A stretch of 64,000 bases of DNA from Octopus vulgaris (Eukaryota). The stretch's first letter is position 1. Each line of letters opens with the position of its first letter. Positions 52,201 to 64,000 of the stretch are shown piece by piece. A program made the position numbers and the translations under genes. The notes beneath the pieces were generated by a model that was given only the letters and a program-made list of their open reading frames with translations, was not told the DNA's origin and did not search any database. The stretch covers positions 102,114,001-102,178,000 of the forward strand of contig OX597822.1 of NCBI GenBank assembly GCA_951406725.2, read 5' to 3'.

Positions 52201-53734
52201 AATTATTGGTGAAAATTCCTGTTTAAAATTTTCGGTGAAAATTTTCGAAAAATTTTTGGGCAAAATTTTTGGGTAAAATTTTCGGCAAAATTATCGGTGA
52301 AAATTTTCGAAAAATTTTGGGTAAAATTTTCGGCAAAAATTTTCGAAAATTTATTAGTGAAAATTTTCGAAAAATTTTGGGTAAAATGTTCGGCAAAAAT
52401 TATCGGTGAAAATTTTCGAAAAATTTTTGGCTAAAATTTTCGGCAAAAATATTCGAAAACTTATTGGTGAAAATTCGTGTGTAAAATTTTCGGTGAAAAT
52501 TTTCGAAAAATTTTTGGGTAAAATTTTTGGTGAAAATTTTCGAAAAATTGTTGAAAATTTTTGGTTAAAATTTTCAGTGAAAATTTTCGAAAATTTTGGG
52601 TAAAATTTTACCCAAAAATTTTTTTTTAAATTTTTGGGTAAAATTTTACCCAAAAATTATCGATGAAAATTTTCGAAAAATTTTTGGGTAAAATTATCTG
52701 CAAAAGTTTTTGAAAATACCCAAAAATTTTTCGAAAATTTTCACCGAAAATTTTACACACGAATTTTCACCAATAACTTTTCGAATATTTTTGCCGAAAA
52801 TTTTAGCCAAAAATTTTTCGAAAATTTTCACCGAAAATGTTACCCAAAAATTTTTCGAAAATTTTCAGATAATTTTAGCCAAAATTTTTCGAAAATTTTC
52901 ACCGAAAATGTTACCCAAAAATTTTTCGAAAATTTTCACCGATAATTTTTGCCGAAAATTTTACTAAAAATTTTTCGAAAATTTTCACAGATAATTTTTG
53001 CCGAAAATTTTACCCAAAAATTTTTCGAATATTTTCACTAATAAATTTTCGAAAATTTTCACCGAAAATGTTACCCAAAAATTTTTCAAAAACTCTTGCC
53101 GATGATTTTACCCAAAAATTTTTCGAAAATTTTTCGAAAATTTTACCCCAAAATAACAACAAACCTTTTTAATGTATCCCCATTTATGTGAATTTTATAC
53201 GAATTGCTAATACACACACACATAATAAGGGTGAAAAATTGAATATTAATTTGATTAATATGAATTGAAAACCACTGGTGTAGCATATAAGACGATAGCG
53301 GATCATCTAGCAAAAAGGATGACCAGTATTAATTGCTCATCCCTTTTATATAAATACTTTCACTTTAATTGTTGCACACTTGCAAAGAGAAAGGAGGAGA
53401 AAGTGTAGTGGTAATGATAGGAGTGAAGCACTTGACATGAAAGAGGGAAATCGTAAAATATTGAGTTTTCTCGAATTTTTGCATAATTGGAGGTGAAACT
53501 GAAAAACTTTACATGCCATGACCGAATGGAATCAACTTGGAAAAATGATAATTAAATTCTAATTGAAGAAATTCTATATTGTAGAATTGTATAAAAAACG
53601 AACGGTTCGGGAGGCAGAGAAAATCTGCCTTCTCCGATAATTTTCACCAAAAGTTTTACCCAAAGATTTTTCGAAAATTTTCACCGAAAATTTTACACAG
53701 AAATTTTCACCAATAATTTTTCGAAAATTTTCAC
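49250..53734. repeat. A4T4 satellite (about 37-bp unit aaaattttcggtg-aaaattttcg-aaaaatttttgggt) with interspersed H2-like modules, forming a large inverted repeat
   Basis: Forward arrays at 49250-49415 and 49930-52716; reverse arrays at 52717-53150 and 53636-53734; arms 49314-50414 / 52717-53734. Confidence 0.92.
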
Positions 53735-53987
53735 ATGCACACATACACACACAAACGTGTACATACACACGCGCGCACACACATACATGGACTACACGGG
53801 TTCGCACACACATACATGGATTCCACACACATACTCACACTCACACTCATGGACAATGAAAGGCGGACACACACACACACATGCACACCTGAACACGTGA
53901 CGCACACACGCATACACCACTACCACTAACATCACTACCGCCAACACCACCACACCACACGCAATCACGTGCACAAACACATGCACT

Positions 53988-54040
<53 letters not shown>

Positions 54041-54630
54041 AGAGGCAAAGACACGCACAAACACACACATGCCCGTGTAGACACAACGCTGGCAAACATA
54101 CTCACATATGCACGCACACGCACACGCAAACACGTTCGCGCGCATGCAACCACACGTACACACACACACACACACACACATGCAGCACACGCACAAAACA
54201 CACGCACAAACAACAAACGTGCACACATAGGCATACATTGTCGCATATGCACACGCACGCACACGTAAAAGACACAGGCTCACACATACGTGAATACACG
54301 AAGACACGCACACACATGCATTCACACGTAAATGCACACATACGCACACACATACACACATACACACGCACACACGCACAAAACACATTCACACACACAC
54401 GTACCTATGCACACCTATATACACTCATACGCACACACAGACACACGATTCACACGTACATGCACACATACGCACACACATACACACATACACAAGCACA
54501 CACACACGCACAAACACATTCACACACACGTACCTATGCACACCTATATACACTCATACGCACACACAGACACACGATTCACACGTAAATGCACACATAC
54601 GCACACACTCTCGCACATGCACATACACGC
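53735..54630. repeat. Cryptic (CA/CG)-rich low-complexity repeat with a tandem duplication
   Basis: cacacacgtacctatgcacacctatatacactcatacg.. at about 54393 and 54522. Confidence 0.9.
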
Positions 54631-55121
54631 CAAATATCATCTAATTAGCTTGTTTAGAATCTATACATATCAAAAGTCTGGCATCATTATTTTGGTTTTG
54701 AAGAATCAGCTTTGTGTTCCATTCAACTCTGTGATTAACGAAACAACCACAATGTACTTACGTCCACTCCATTAATGTACATTAATTACAGAAGCAATTA
54801 CAGTCTATTTAACTCACTTAGCCAAATAGTATCATTATACAACATACGCAAATACAGGTATATCAAATACTGTACAACATAAAATTTTAATTATTTGTTT
54901 AATTGTCTCCGCCTCCAGATGGTGTATCATAATTTTCAAATGGCAAAGATAAGCGCCATATGAGAAAGGGGAGGTAATCGCCAGAAAGAGAACTGAGTAA
55001 CAGACTTGTTATATGCAGACACGAAGACAATCGTGGACCCGTGTTTATGTCTCAGTAGGTGTCACCAGCTCAACAATTGGCCATCCTGGTATGTGCTCCA
55101 GCAGCCAAGGCACTTGAGCAT

Positions 55122-56367
55122 ATACTAGGTTGAGTTAAAAGTCTTTTCCGGATTTTCCCTGATGAATTTTTGGCAACTTGTATCTCCATGCTATTATATG
55201 AATTCGATATATTTTGTAGTCCAATCGTTGCTGAATTGTTTATTCTTTATTTTACTACTATGATAATAAGAGGTGAAAAAATGCAATTAGAGGTATTTTA
55301 CGCTACCTGTGGAGAAAAAAATAGAACTGACTGCAAGGGCAGCGGCAAAAGAAATGACTGATGTGGAAGGTCAAGGAACTGTCACAAAACTATTTCAGAT
55401 GTTTCAAAGAAGTTGACCCCAGCCGCAAAGGCAAACCAAGGTGGTGGGTATCTTCTACTGTGAAAGATGAGGACTTGCTTGAAAAGGCTGAGCAAGAGCC
55501 AAGTACAAACACTTGTACAGTGTCTGAAGAACCTGGTCCTCTCAGAAAGCATCGTCAATCGATACCTCTATAAACTCGGACTTGTGAAGAACAAATGTTG
55601 TCGAGAAGTTCTTCGAGACAAACTCGATGATCAGGCTCAACGACCATTGAATATTTACAGACAGCTGCCAGTGATTCTTCAACATCCCCGTTTTTGGCGT
55701 CGAATTGCAAGCGGGGATGGAAAATCTATTTCGTAATCCTAATAAGAGAAATCAGAGGCTTGTTCCGTCAGGCTCCGGAACCTATTGTCAAACAAAAAGC
55801 ATTTTGAATAGAAAGTCATGTTGCGTGTTTGGTGGAATTTCAAAAGGGGTGTTTCGCTTTGAACCTTTCCCAGATGGTCATGCTGAGAACGCTAACTTTC
55901 ATGCTTAACAGCTGCTGCGGATATGTGATGCTTTAAAAGACCTCCAGCTATCATTAGACAATGGTAGACGTACACTCTTACATGACGATGCTCCAGCACA
56001 GACAACCTATGTAAACAGGGACAAACTTGAGGAGTTTGAAGGGCTAGAAGTGCAGCCTCATCCTCCCTGCAGCCCAGAGCTTGCATCATCAGGTTACCAC
56101 CTTTTCTAAGCCGTGACTCATTTCCTGCACGAACGGGGATTCAGAGATGTGGTTCAGGTTGTAAGCGGGTGCAGGGATATCCTTGGCCTCTAAACTAATC
56201 AAACGATATGAGCGTGGAATTGAGCCACTGGCAGAACGGTGGTAGCAGACAGTTGAATATGATGGAACATGTTCTGATTAATAAACGCTTTTCATATATA
56301 ATTTGTTTGAACTATTCAAATACGAAAACAATTAGCTTCAAAAAGAGGAAACATCTACGGCCTAGTT
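55122..56367 (+). pseudogene. Decayed, near full-length mariner
   Basis: Degenerate (ta)ctagg..cctag(tta) termini; FWRRIASGDGK and PCSPELASSGYHLF (YSPDLAPSDYHLF-like); many stops. Confidence 0.8.
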
Positions 56368-56590
56368 AATTTGCATAATTTAAACAACATTGAGCTAAGA
56401 GATGTAGCACAGTGGCTAGTGACATGTATTTGAATAACATGGACAAATACAGATATATCAAGTACCATACAACATAAATTCGTGATTCAATAAAATTATA
56501 TCCGTCTGCAGATGATATCATAATTAACAAATGGCAATTAACTTCAGCTCCGTATGAGAAAAGGAGATATTCTCAAGAATCAATGGAAGG

Positions 56591-57499
56591 TAGGTTGTGG
56601 TATCAAAAAGTCCCCTGACTAGTTCTGCAGCGTGCCAACAGATTGCAGCACACGGTTGTGTGCGCAGTGACAATTAGCAGTGATCTTCATGAAGCAGTGT
56701 GCCGACTGGCATCATTGTGTTTACATCGCAAGTTGAGAAATTTGTGTTTTTGTGATCACATGTATGCTGTAGTATGCGATTTTCGTTAGGGACAGGAACA
56801 AAGAGCCAACGTGAAATTTTGCTTTAAACTTGATTGATAAGTCTGCTACAGAGACATTGAGCATGCTTCGGCAAGCTTACGGTGACGAGGCAATGGATCA
56901 TGTGCAATGTTTCGAGTGACAGGGGCGCTTCAAAATCGGGAGAACGTCTTCTGGAAGACGAGGAGCGATCTGGAAGATCTGCCACAAGCGTCACCCCTGG
57001 AAATGTGGTATTATGCATCTAGAATTCGTCCCCCAGGATCAGACGGTCAATCGAGAGTTCTATTGAAATGTTTTGAAGCGTTTGGAGGATGACATTTGGT
57101 GAAAGTGACCGGATCTGTGGAGCACGAAGAATTGGGTTCTTCACCGAACTATCCTCATTCGTGAGTTTCTCTACAAAAACAACATGGTATCGCTTCTGCA
57201 GTCGCCCTATTCACCAGATTTAGCACCTGCGGACTTCTATCTCTTCACCAAAATGAAAATGCAGCTTAAAGGTCACCGTTTTAACACCGCTGTCGAGATC
57301 AGGAGCGAATCGCAGACGATCTACGACTTCCTTACGGAAAACGACTTCGAGTCCAGATTCCAAAAGTGGTAGGAACGCTGGAACCGGTGTAAAAATGCGT
57401 AACGTGGCTATTTCGAAAGCGATGATGTTAAAACTTAGGTTAAATAAGTTACTTTTTTATTAAACATATCAAGTCTGAGATCCTTTTGATACCACCTAG
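56591..57499 (+). mobile_element. Internally deleted mariner
   Basis: TIRs gtggtatcaaaaagtcccctgact / agtctgagatccttttgataccac; SPYSPDLAPADFYLFTKMKMQLKGHRF. Confidence 0.88.
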
Positions 57500-57689
57500 T
57501 GATCTCAAGAATCAAGAATTCTCCAAAATTAACATGTTGCTTAACACAAAGAGAGGCGTCGCCAGAAAAAAAGATTAAATGTATGAACTGCTTATTGAAA
57601 ATAATTGTCTATATTTATTCTTGGCTCAAATATGTGGTGGCATTTAATGTTCTTTCTGCTGTAGACACAAGGCTGAATTCTAGGACTTA

Positions 57690-58212
57690 TCTCGACAGGT
57701 AACTTGTTTTATTAGTTCGAAACGATGAAAGGCAAATTTCACCTCAGTGGAGTTTGAACTCGGTATGTAAAGCGGGAAGAAATGCCGCTAAGCATTTTGT
57801 CCGGCGTGCTAACGATTCTTTTCTACTCAAGGCACAAGGCTCAAAATTTTGAGGGAGGGGGCTAGTCGATTAGATTGACCCAAATACGCAACTGGAACTT
57901 AATTTGTCAACCCCCGAAAGGACGAAAGGCAAAGTCGACCTCAGCGGAATTTGAACTCAGAACATAAAGACAGACGAAATACCTATTTCTTTATTACCCA
58001 CAAGGGGCTAAACACAGAGAGGACAAATAAGGACAGACAAACTGATTAAGTCGATTATATCGACCCCAGTGCGTAACTGGTACTTAATTTATCGGCCCCG
58101 AAAGGATGAAAGGCAAAGTCGACCTCGGCGGAATTTGAACTTAGAACGTAACGTCAGACGAAATACGGCTACGCATTTCGCCCGGTGTGCTAACAATTCT
58201 ACCAGCTAGCTG
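57690..58212 (-). mobile_element. SINE family A multimer
   Basis: Three core copies. Confidence 0.85.
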
Positions 58213-58796
58213 GCGTGGTTGCATTTTTTAATATGGTAAGTAATTACTTGTATGCCATGCAAAATATATTCCCATTTACTAATTAATCATTGTTATTTTA
58301 AACACTAATGAACAGTCAATCATAGCAGGAAATTATGGGAAAGTTCCTTTATTGAAGGGAGATAATTTCAACCCAACTTTTTAAAATTTTGAATAAAGGG
58401 AAATAACTCTAACACTGTTTGTTACCCCCGTTTTTATTTATTTCTCGTTTTCTCTTTTCTTTGCTCTCATCTTTTGTTCTAGAGGTTCTTGATCTGCCTT
58501 TTGCATAATATTCTCTTTCTTCTTTGAAGTTGGCATAACCCTTTTATTTAGTTTGTTATTTAGAGCAGATAAGCGATATGTGAAAAAGATTATCAAGTTT
58601 CTTATTACACGAATATATCAAATGGAATTTAAAAATAAACGCACTCATAGCTATGGGATTTCATAGGTTCCCACGCTCTCCCATAATTTCGCGTACGACA
58701 CTGTCGGGAAATACTCAAAGCAAGCGTCATTTTCTGTAATTTCTTGGTATGAATGTGTGTATGTATGCATGTATGTATGTATGCATGTATACACAT

Positions 58797-58864
<68 letters not shown>

Positions 58865-58927
58865 ATATGTATATATATGTATATATGTATATATATGTAT
58901 ATATATGTATATATATATATATATGTA

Positions 58928-58974
<47 letters not shown>

Positions 58975-58983
58975 GTATGTATG

Positions 58984-59037
<54 letters not shown>

Positions 59038-59699
59038 TGTATGTATGTATATATATATATATACATACATACATACATACATGCATACATAAATATATAT
59101 ATATATATGCATACACATTACAACTGTCCGACGAAGGGGAACGTGAATCTCCGAGTAACAGTTTTGTGAAGATTTTGCAGCTTTAATAAAAGTGTGTGTG
59201 TGTGTGTGTATTACGGAGATGTACTCGCATAGCAAATGATTTGATCTGAGATCGTGTGCTGGAACGAAAACAATTGCAGCGTGGAAGGTGTTTGTAAGCC
59301 ATTTAAGAAACACACAAAAGCCATTCGATTCATTTCAACCGTTAAGTTTAATTTGTCAAAATATTTTCGTCGCTAAAATCCGCGACCTGTTCACTGACAA
59401 AAATCCGTGCTGCATCTCTGAGATAGAATGTAGTACCGATAGAATAAGTACCAAGCTTCAAATGAAAATAAGTACTGGGGTCGATAAGTTCGGCAAAAAA
59501 TTCCTTAAAGGCGGTGCCCCAGTATGGCCGCAGTCTAATGGCTGAATCAAGTAAAGGTAAAAAGGAAAAAAGAAAACAGATTATCGTGAAGGATATGAGG
59601 ACTTAATGACCAGGTAAGAGGTTATTAGATTATGGTTAAAGCTGGTTATATTTACTTCCGCGATCTCCCGAGGTAATTCTGTTTATTTTATTTCATTAT

Positions 59700-61295
59700 T
59701 TTTTGTCCTTAGCACAGGTCTTATTGGAGCTCCTGGAGTCTTGCATGCGTAGCGGGATTGCTACCTGCTGCCTACGGTACCATGCTATCCATTCTTTTCA
59801 GCTATCTAATACTTTCCTGATTATTCTGGCCGTGGCAAAGAGGCGAACCTTTTGTAACAGTTCTACTGGGAACTCTATTCCAGTTTCCTTTATATTCCTC
59901 TTGATGCCTTCTGATACTGTTCTCAGGGACCCAACAATAATTGGCACTATCTTCATCTTCTTCATTTTCCATAACCGCGCTATTTCGTACTTAAGAGGGT
60001 TGTATTTATCTATCTTTCCGCCTTCCTGTTTGACAATTTGTGGGCCAAATGGGTATGCAACATCAACTGTATATGTGGTACACCATGTCCACCAACCCTT
60101 AGTTCCGGTTTGTTATGCCCTAGCACCTGATCTGTTTGGATTGGGAAATCCCTGAGGATTTTGCTAGTCTCCGACTCCGCCACTCTCTGCGGTTAATGCT
60201 CATACTATGTCTTGCCTCCTTCTAGCCCCCACTTTTCGCAGCCTCCAATGTAGCACCTCCGCTACTTCATCGTGTCACCACAACTTGCAATGGTTTTGTA
60301 TAAGTTTAGGGCATTCGTTCGTGATACGGGCAATGGTTTCATCTACTCTTTTGCAGATGCGGCACAGCGGAAACACTTCCTCATTCCTCAAGTTGACCCT
60401 CCAATTTGTGGTCAAAGCTTGCTCTAGCGATGCCAGTACAGTGCTCTCGGTCTCTTTTAAGGTTCCTTTCATCAGCCAATCCCACCTATTTTTATCAGCA
60501 CCTTCTGATGTGGCCATAATGGAATTGATTATGTAGTCCCTTCTTGCATAATTCTTCTTCATGTCCCTTTTGTACTTCTTTTGCTTCTCCTTTTTTCTCT
60601 GCATTCAATACTCCCTCGTTCCAAACTGTCACTAGCAACGTTTCCTTACTTTGGCCTAGGTATCTCATTAAACTCTCGAGTTCGATATGCACGCAGTCTT
60701 CCACACTTATCAGTCATCTGCCTCCATTTGCTCTCTTCATGTATAGGTGGTCTGTGTCTGCACGTCGATGATGGGCTCCATGCATCGTTAGGATCTCTCT
60801 TGACTTCCTGTCCATCTCCTTTAGCTCCTCCTCTGTCCACTTCAGGGTTCCAGCGCCATACCGAACTACTGCGACTGCGCGTGAGTTTATAGCCGAAATT
60901 ATGTTTCTAGCATTCGGCTTTGAAGCCAGTATTTTTTTTACTTACAACAGGTACTCCCTTTCTGTCTTTTTGTTCATGTCACTGTGTTTGACTCCATCTG
61001 CCTCAAGCATTCGCCGGTATTTATAGCTGGATTGAGGTTGAATTTCCTTCATCATCTCATCACTTGGCAATCATATGCCTTCTACCTTGACAAGCTTTCC
61101 TCGCCTCATCACCATCGTGGCACATTTTGAGAGTCCAGACTCCATTTTAATATCATTAGAGAACATCCTCACCGACTCGAGTAGGTTGTCCAGTTCTGCC
61201 TCAGTTTTTGTGAATAGCTTCAGGTCGTCTATGAATTGCAAATGGCTCAGTTTTCCCTTAACACTTCCCAGATCATACTCCAACTTTGTTTCCTG
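59700..61295 (-). pseudogene. R4/Dong-clade RLE non-LTR retrotransposon, 5'-truncated
   Basis: LSHLQFIDDLKLF..FSNDIKMESGLSKCA; WLMKGTLKETES..EQAL; CRICKRVDETI..C..HD; KILRDFPIQTD-like RLE region; (TAA)n at the 5' junction. Confidence 0.85.
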
Positions 61296-61315
61296 TATTA
61301 TTATTATTGTTATTA

Positions 61316-61704
61316 GTGGAGGCGCAATGGTCCAGTGGTTAGGGCAGCGGACTCGCGGTCATAGGATCGCGGTTTCGATTCCCAGACCGGGCGTTGTGAG
61401 TGTTTATTGAGCGAAAACACCTAAAAGCTCCACGAGGCTCCGGCAGGGGATGGTGGTGATCCCTGTTGTACTCTTTCACCACAACTTTCTCTCACTCTTA
61501 CTTCCTGTTTCTGTTGTACCTGTATTTCAAGGGACCGGCCTTGTCACTCTCTGTGTTACGCTGAATATCCCCGAGAACTACGTTAAGGGTACACGTGTCT
61601 GTGGAGTGCTCAACCACTTACACGTTAATTTCACGAGCAGGCTGTTCCGTTGATTCGGATCAACCGGAACCCTCGTCGTCGTAACTGACGGAGTGCTTCC
61701 ATCC
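61316..61704 (+). mobile_element. SINE family B inserted in (ATT)n
   Basis: Full length; flanks attattgttatta. Confidence 0.92.
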
Positions 61705-61732
61705 ATTATTGTTATTATTATTATTATTATTA

Positions 61733-62180
61733 TAGGTCGAGCAAATTATAGGTCGAGACATGGCGAACAACAGTTAAGTCAAATAAGCAAATACAATCAT
61801 TCATCAACAGATGCTTGTGTAGTATACTTAAAATTAGATGGCCCGAACACATAAGCAATATGAAGCTATGGCAAAGAACAAATGAAGTCTCGATTAGGGA
61901 GCAAATATTTAAGAAAAAGTGGAAGTGGATTGGTAGCACAATTAGAAAAGAAACACCAAATGTAGCGAAAAGTGCTTTACAGTGGAATCCGGGTGGATAT
62001 AGAAAGAGAGGTAGGCTTAAGAATTCGTGGCGTAGATCAACACAAAAGGAACTAGAGAAAGGAGGACATTCATGGCAGAGTATAAGTACAGAAGCGAAAA
62101 ATTATGCGACATGGAATTCAATTATAAGTGGCCTATACTCTGCGTTGGAGGGTTAAAGGCAGGAAAGAAAGAAAAAAAAT
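61733..62180 (+). pseudogene. RTE-clade LINE 3' fragment
   Basis: FINRCLCSILKIRWPEHISN..WKWIG..ALQWNPGGYRKRGRLKNSWRR. Confidence 0.85.
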
Positions 62181-63815
62181 GTCGAGCAAAGATGGCTAAC
62201 GCATACATCACGTCCGTCATTTTCTACTGCTTGACCGTATTACGTTCGAGCGTATACTCTTCTGCTTCTTATTGAAGGGACGCGTCCCGACGGTCAGACG
62301 GTCACGCGTGGTGACCTGGACATGCCGTGGCTGATGATGCACATACATGCACTGAGACTACATCTCCAGTGTCTCCTTGACGGTGAACAGGTGTTGTTCG
62401 CCAGACACGTATTTTCACAGCTAGATTCTTTAACAGAGCTGCAGTCCTGGGTGAAACAGAGACCGCGAGAGGGCTTTCAGAAAGTGGAATGCCTTCAAGG
62501 GCTCAGAGCCCACAGCCAATCGGACACTGCGATAGGTCGAACGTCCACTTTAGCTTTTTATAGAAGACTAGCAGTATCGCCCGGCGTTGCTCGGGTTTGT
62601 AAGGGAAATAACTATATAAGCATTTTTAGAGAGTTATAGCCAAAAAATAGCAAAAAATGCATTAAAAATGGAAAAAGAATGATGGTAAATATTTTTTTAA
62701 ATCGTTGACTCGTAGACATTTTTAGAGAGTTACTTCCCTTATATAATAGCGAAAAAATGCATTAAAATGGAAAAAAATGATGGTAAATTATTTTTTAAAA
62801 TCGTAGCCTCATCGTAGACACGCGCTAATACCCAGAAGGGCTCGATATGAATCACGACTATAAGATACCCGCTTTTGGTTACACTGCACCGCAAAATGTG
62901 GGAGTAGTTAGGAATCTAAATCGTAGGAGACAGACACACAACTTGACTTTTATATATAAAGGATTAGTGGAAGGCAAATGCAATGACGTTCTCGGGGAGA
63001 CCTTGGGTGTCGAAGATCAGCTAACCGCTCTTTTCGGAGAACTTTCGGTCCGGAACTGATGAATAATTTCCAAAATTTCTGTCCAGTGCTACCGGGGAGC
63101 TTTGCCAGTTCGAGATAAACTTTACAGGTACGGGAGTCCCATCAGCCGAGCATATCCGAGCTGCGCGCAGGACGACGAGACGGTCCTGTGTGCACTCGTC
63201 CAGTGCCCAAGCATTGCAGACCTGTGGGTTCATGTCGAACACCTGCAGTCGCATGTAGGACGGACCCGGTTGTCAACTGAGTCCATCGTGAAGATCGCCC
63301 TTCCGCCTTCCATTAACCGCGAAGGCAAGGCTGTGTTTATATGCCTGGTGGCCATGGCGAATGAGGTTGTATAGTGGACGAGATTGAAGTGGCTGAAGAC
63401 AAACATTTTTCTCTTTGGCCAATCCCTGATCAACTTCTTCAAGTTTCACTTGAAAAGGAAAATAGGGATAGAGAGAGAAGTGTTGTCTTCTAGCCAGTTT
63501 GCTGAAAGGTGGATGAAAGTGGCGAGAATGGTGAGCTTACAGCTGTGGTTGAGAAAAAAAAAAGGAAAGGAAAAAAAGGCACCTACCCCCAAAATCAGAG
63601 TACCCATGGTTTTTATTGGGGGATTTTCCATGAGCAGCCCTCGAAACGGCTCCTCCCTGTTGAGGATCAAACATTGATAATTTATTTTTTAATTTTGTTA
63701 GTCTTGTTTACACGCAAAACCCTTACAATACACATTCACACACATTCTTTATTTTGTCCTCTACTGTCCATAATGTTTTTCTTGATGTAAACTCTTTGTG
63801 GTTAGTAAAGAAATT
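62181..63815 (+). pseudogene. Tx1/L1-clade LINE ORF2 C-terminus + 3'UTR, related to the 25-27 kb copies
   Basis: LPVRDKLYR..CAQDDETVLCALVQCP..INFFKFHLKRKI; ends gtaaagaa(att)n; interrupted by a Helitron. Confidence 0.85.
62568..62963 (-). mobile_element. Non-autonomous Helitron H1
   Basis: Inserted at A|T without TSD; removing it restores the LINE frame FYRR|LVEGK. Confidence 0.9.
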
Positions 63816-63818
63816 ATT

Positions 63819-63861
<43 letters not shown>

Positions 63862-63893
63862 TTATTAGTAGTATTATTATTATTATTATTATT

Positions 63894-64000
63894 GAGTGAG
63901 AGAGCAGTTCATGCCATCAAAGTGACACTGGGGTAAAATATACGAAGCTCAATATACCCATCATGACTACCCGTCTGATAAGGGTACACCAGGCACATGC
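63894..64000. mobile_element. Start of another interspersed repeat (probably a SINE 3' end) running off the window
   Basis: Abrupt GC-richer sequence after (ATT)n; family not resolved. Confidence 0.4.

Noticed and set aside
50300-52967. K/F/N-rich repetitive ORFs
   Set aside because: Translations of the A4T4 satellite on both strands

Overview
AT-rich eukaryotic repeat-dense DNA. The SINE families and microsatellite spectrum resemble an octopus (coleoid cephalopod) genome; that assignment is an inference. I found no convincing host protein-coding exon, so the window is probably intronic or intergenic, and almost all ORF-track entries are microsatellite, satellite or TE by-products. Contents: several tRNA-derived SINE families (many with clear TSDs); decayed LINEs (RTE, Tx1/L1, R4/Dong, Jockey/CR1-like); a Penelope-like RT/GIY-YIG relic; Tc1/mariner, Tc2/pogo-type and piggyBac relics and MITEs; a THAP fragment; many non-autonomous Helitrons; and an A4T4-based satellite. 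Highlights: (1) a near full-length U6 snRNA copy fused to a retroposon 3' tail (36.5-36.7 kb); (2) non-coding elements carrying minimal type I hammerhead ribozymes, including an inverted pair with a 54-nt helix II domain (35.2-36.3 kb); (3) a 4.4-kb foldback structure made of a Helitron-like module and a self-complementary satellite (49.3-53.7 kb); (4) a head-to-tail Helitron array that splits a piggyBac (42.8-49.3 kb); (5) a mariner whose interior is a copy of neighbouring DNA (31.2-32.3 kb); (6) a twin-primed, 5'-inverted SINE; (7) microsatellite-targeted Tx1 and Dong LINEs. All coordinates were counted by eye, and family names need database confirmation.
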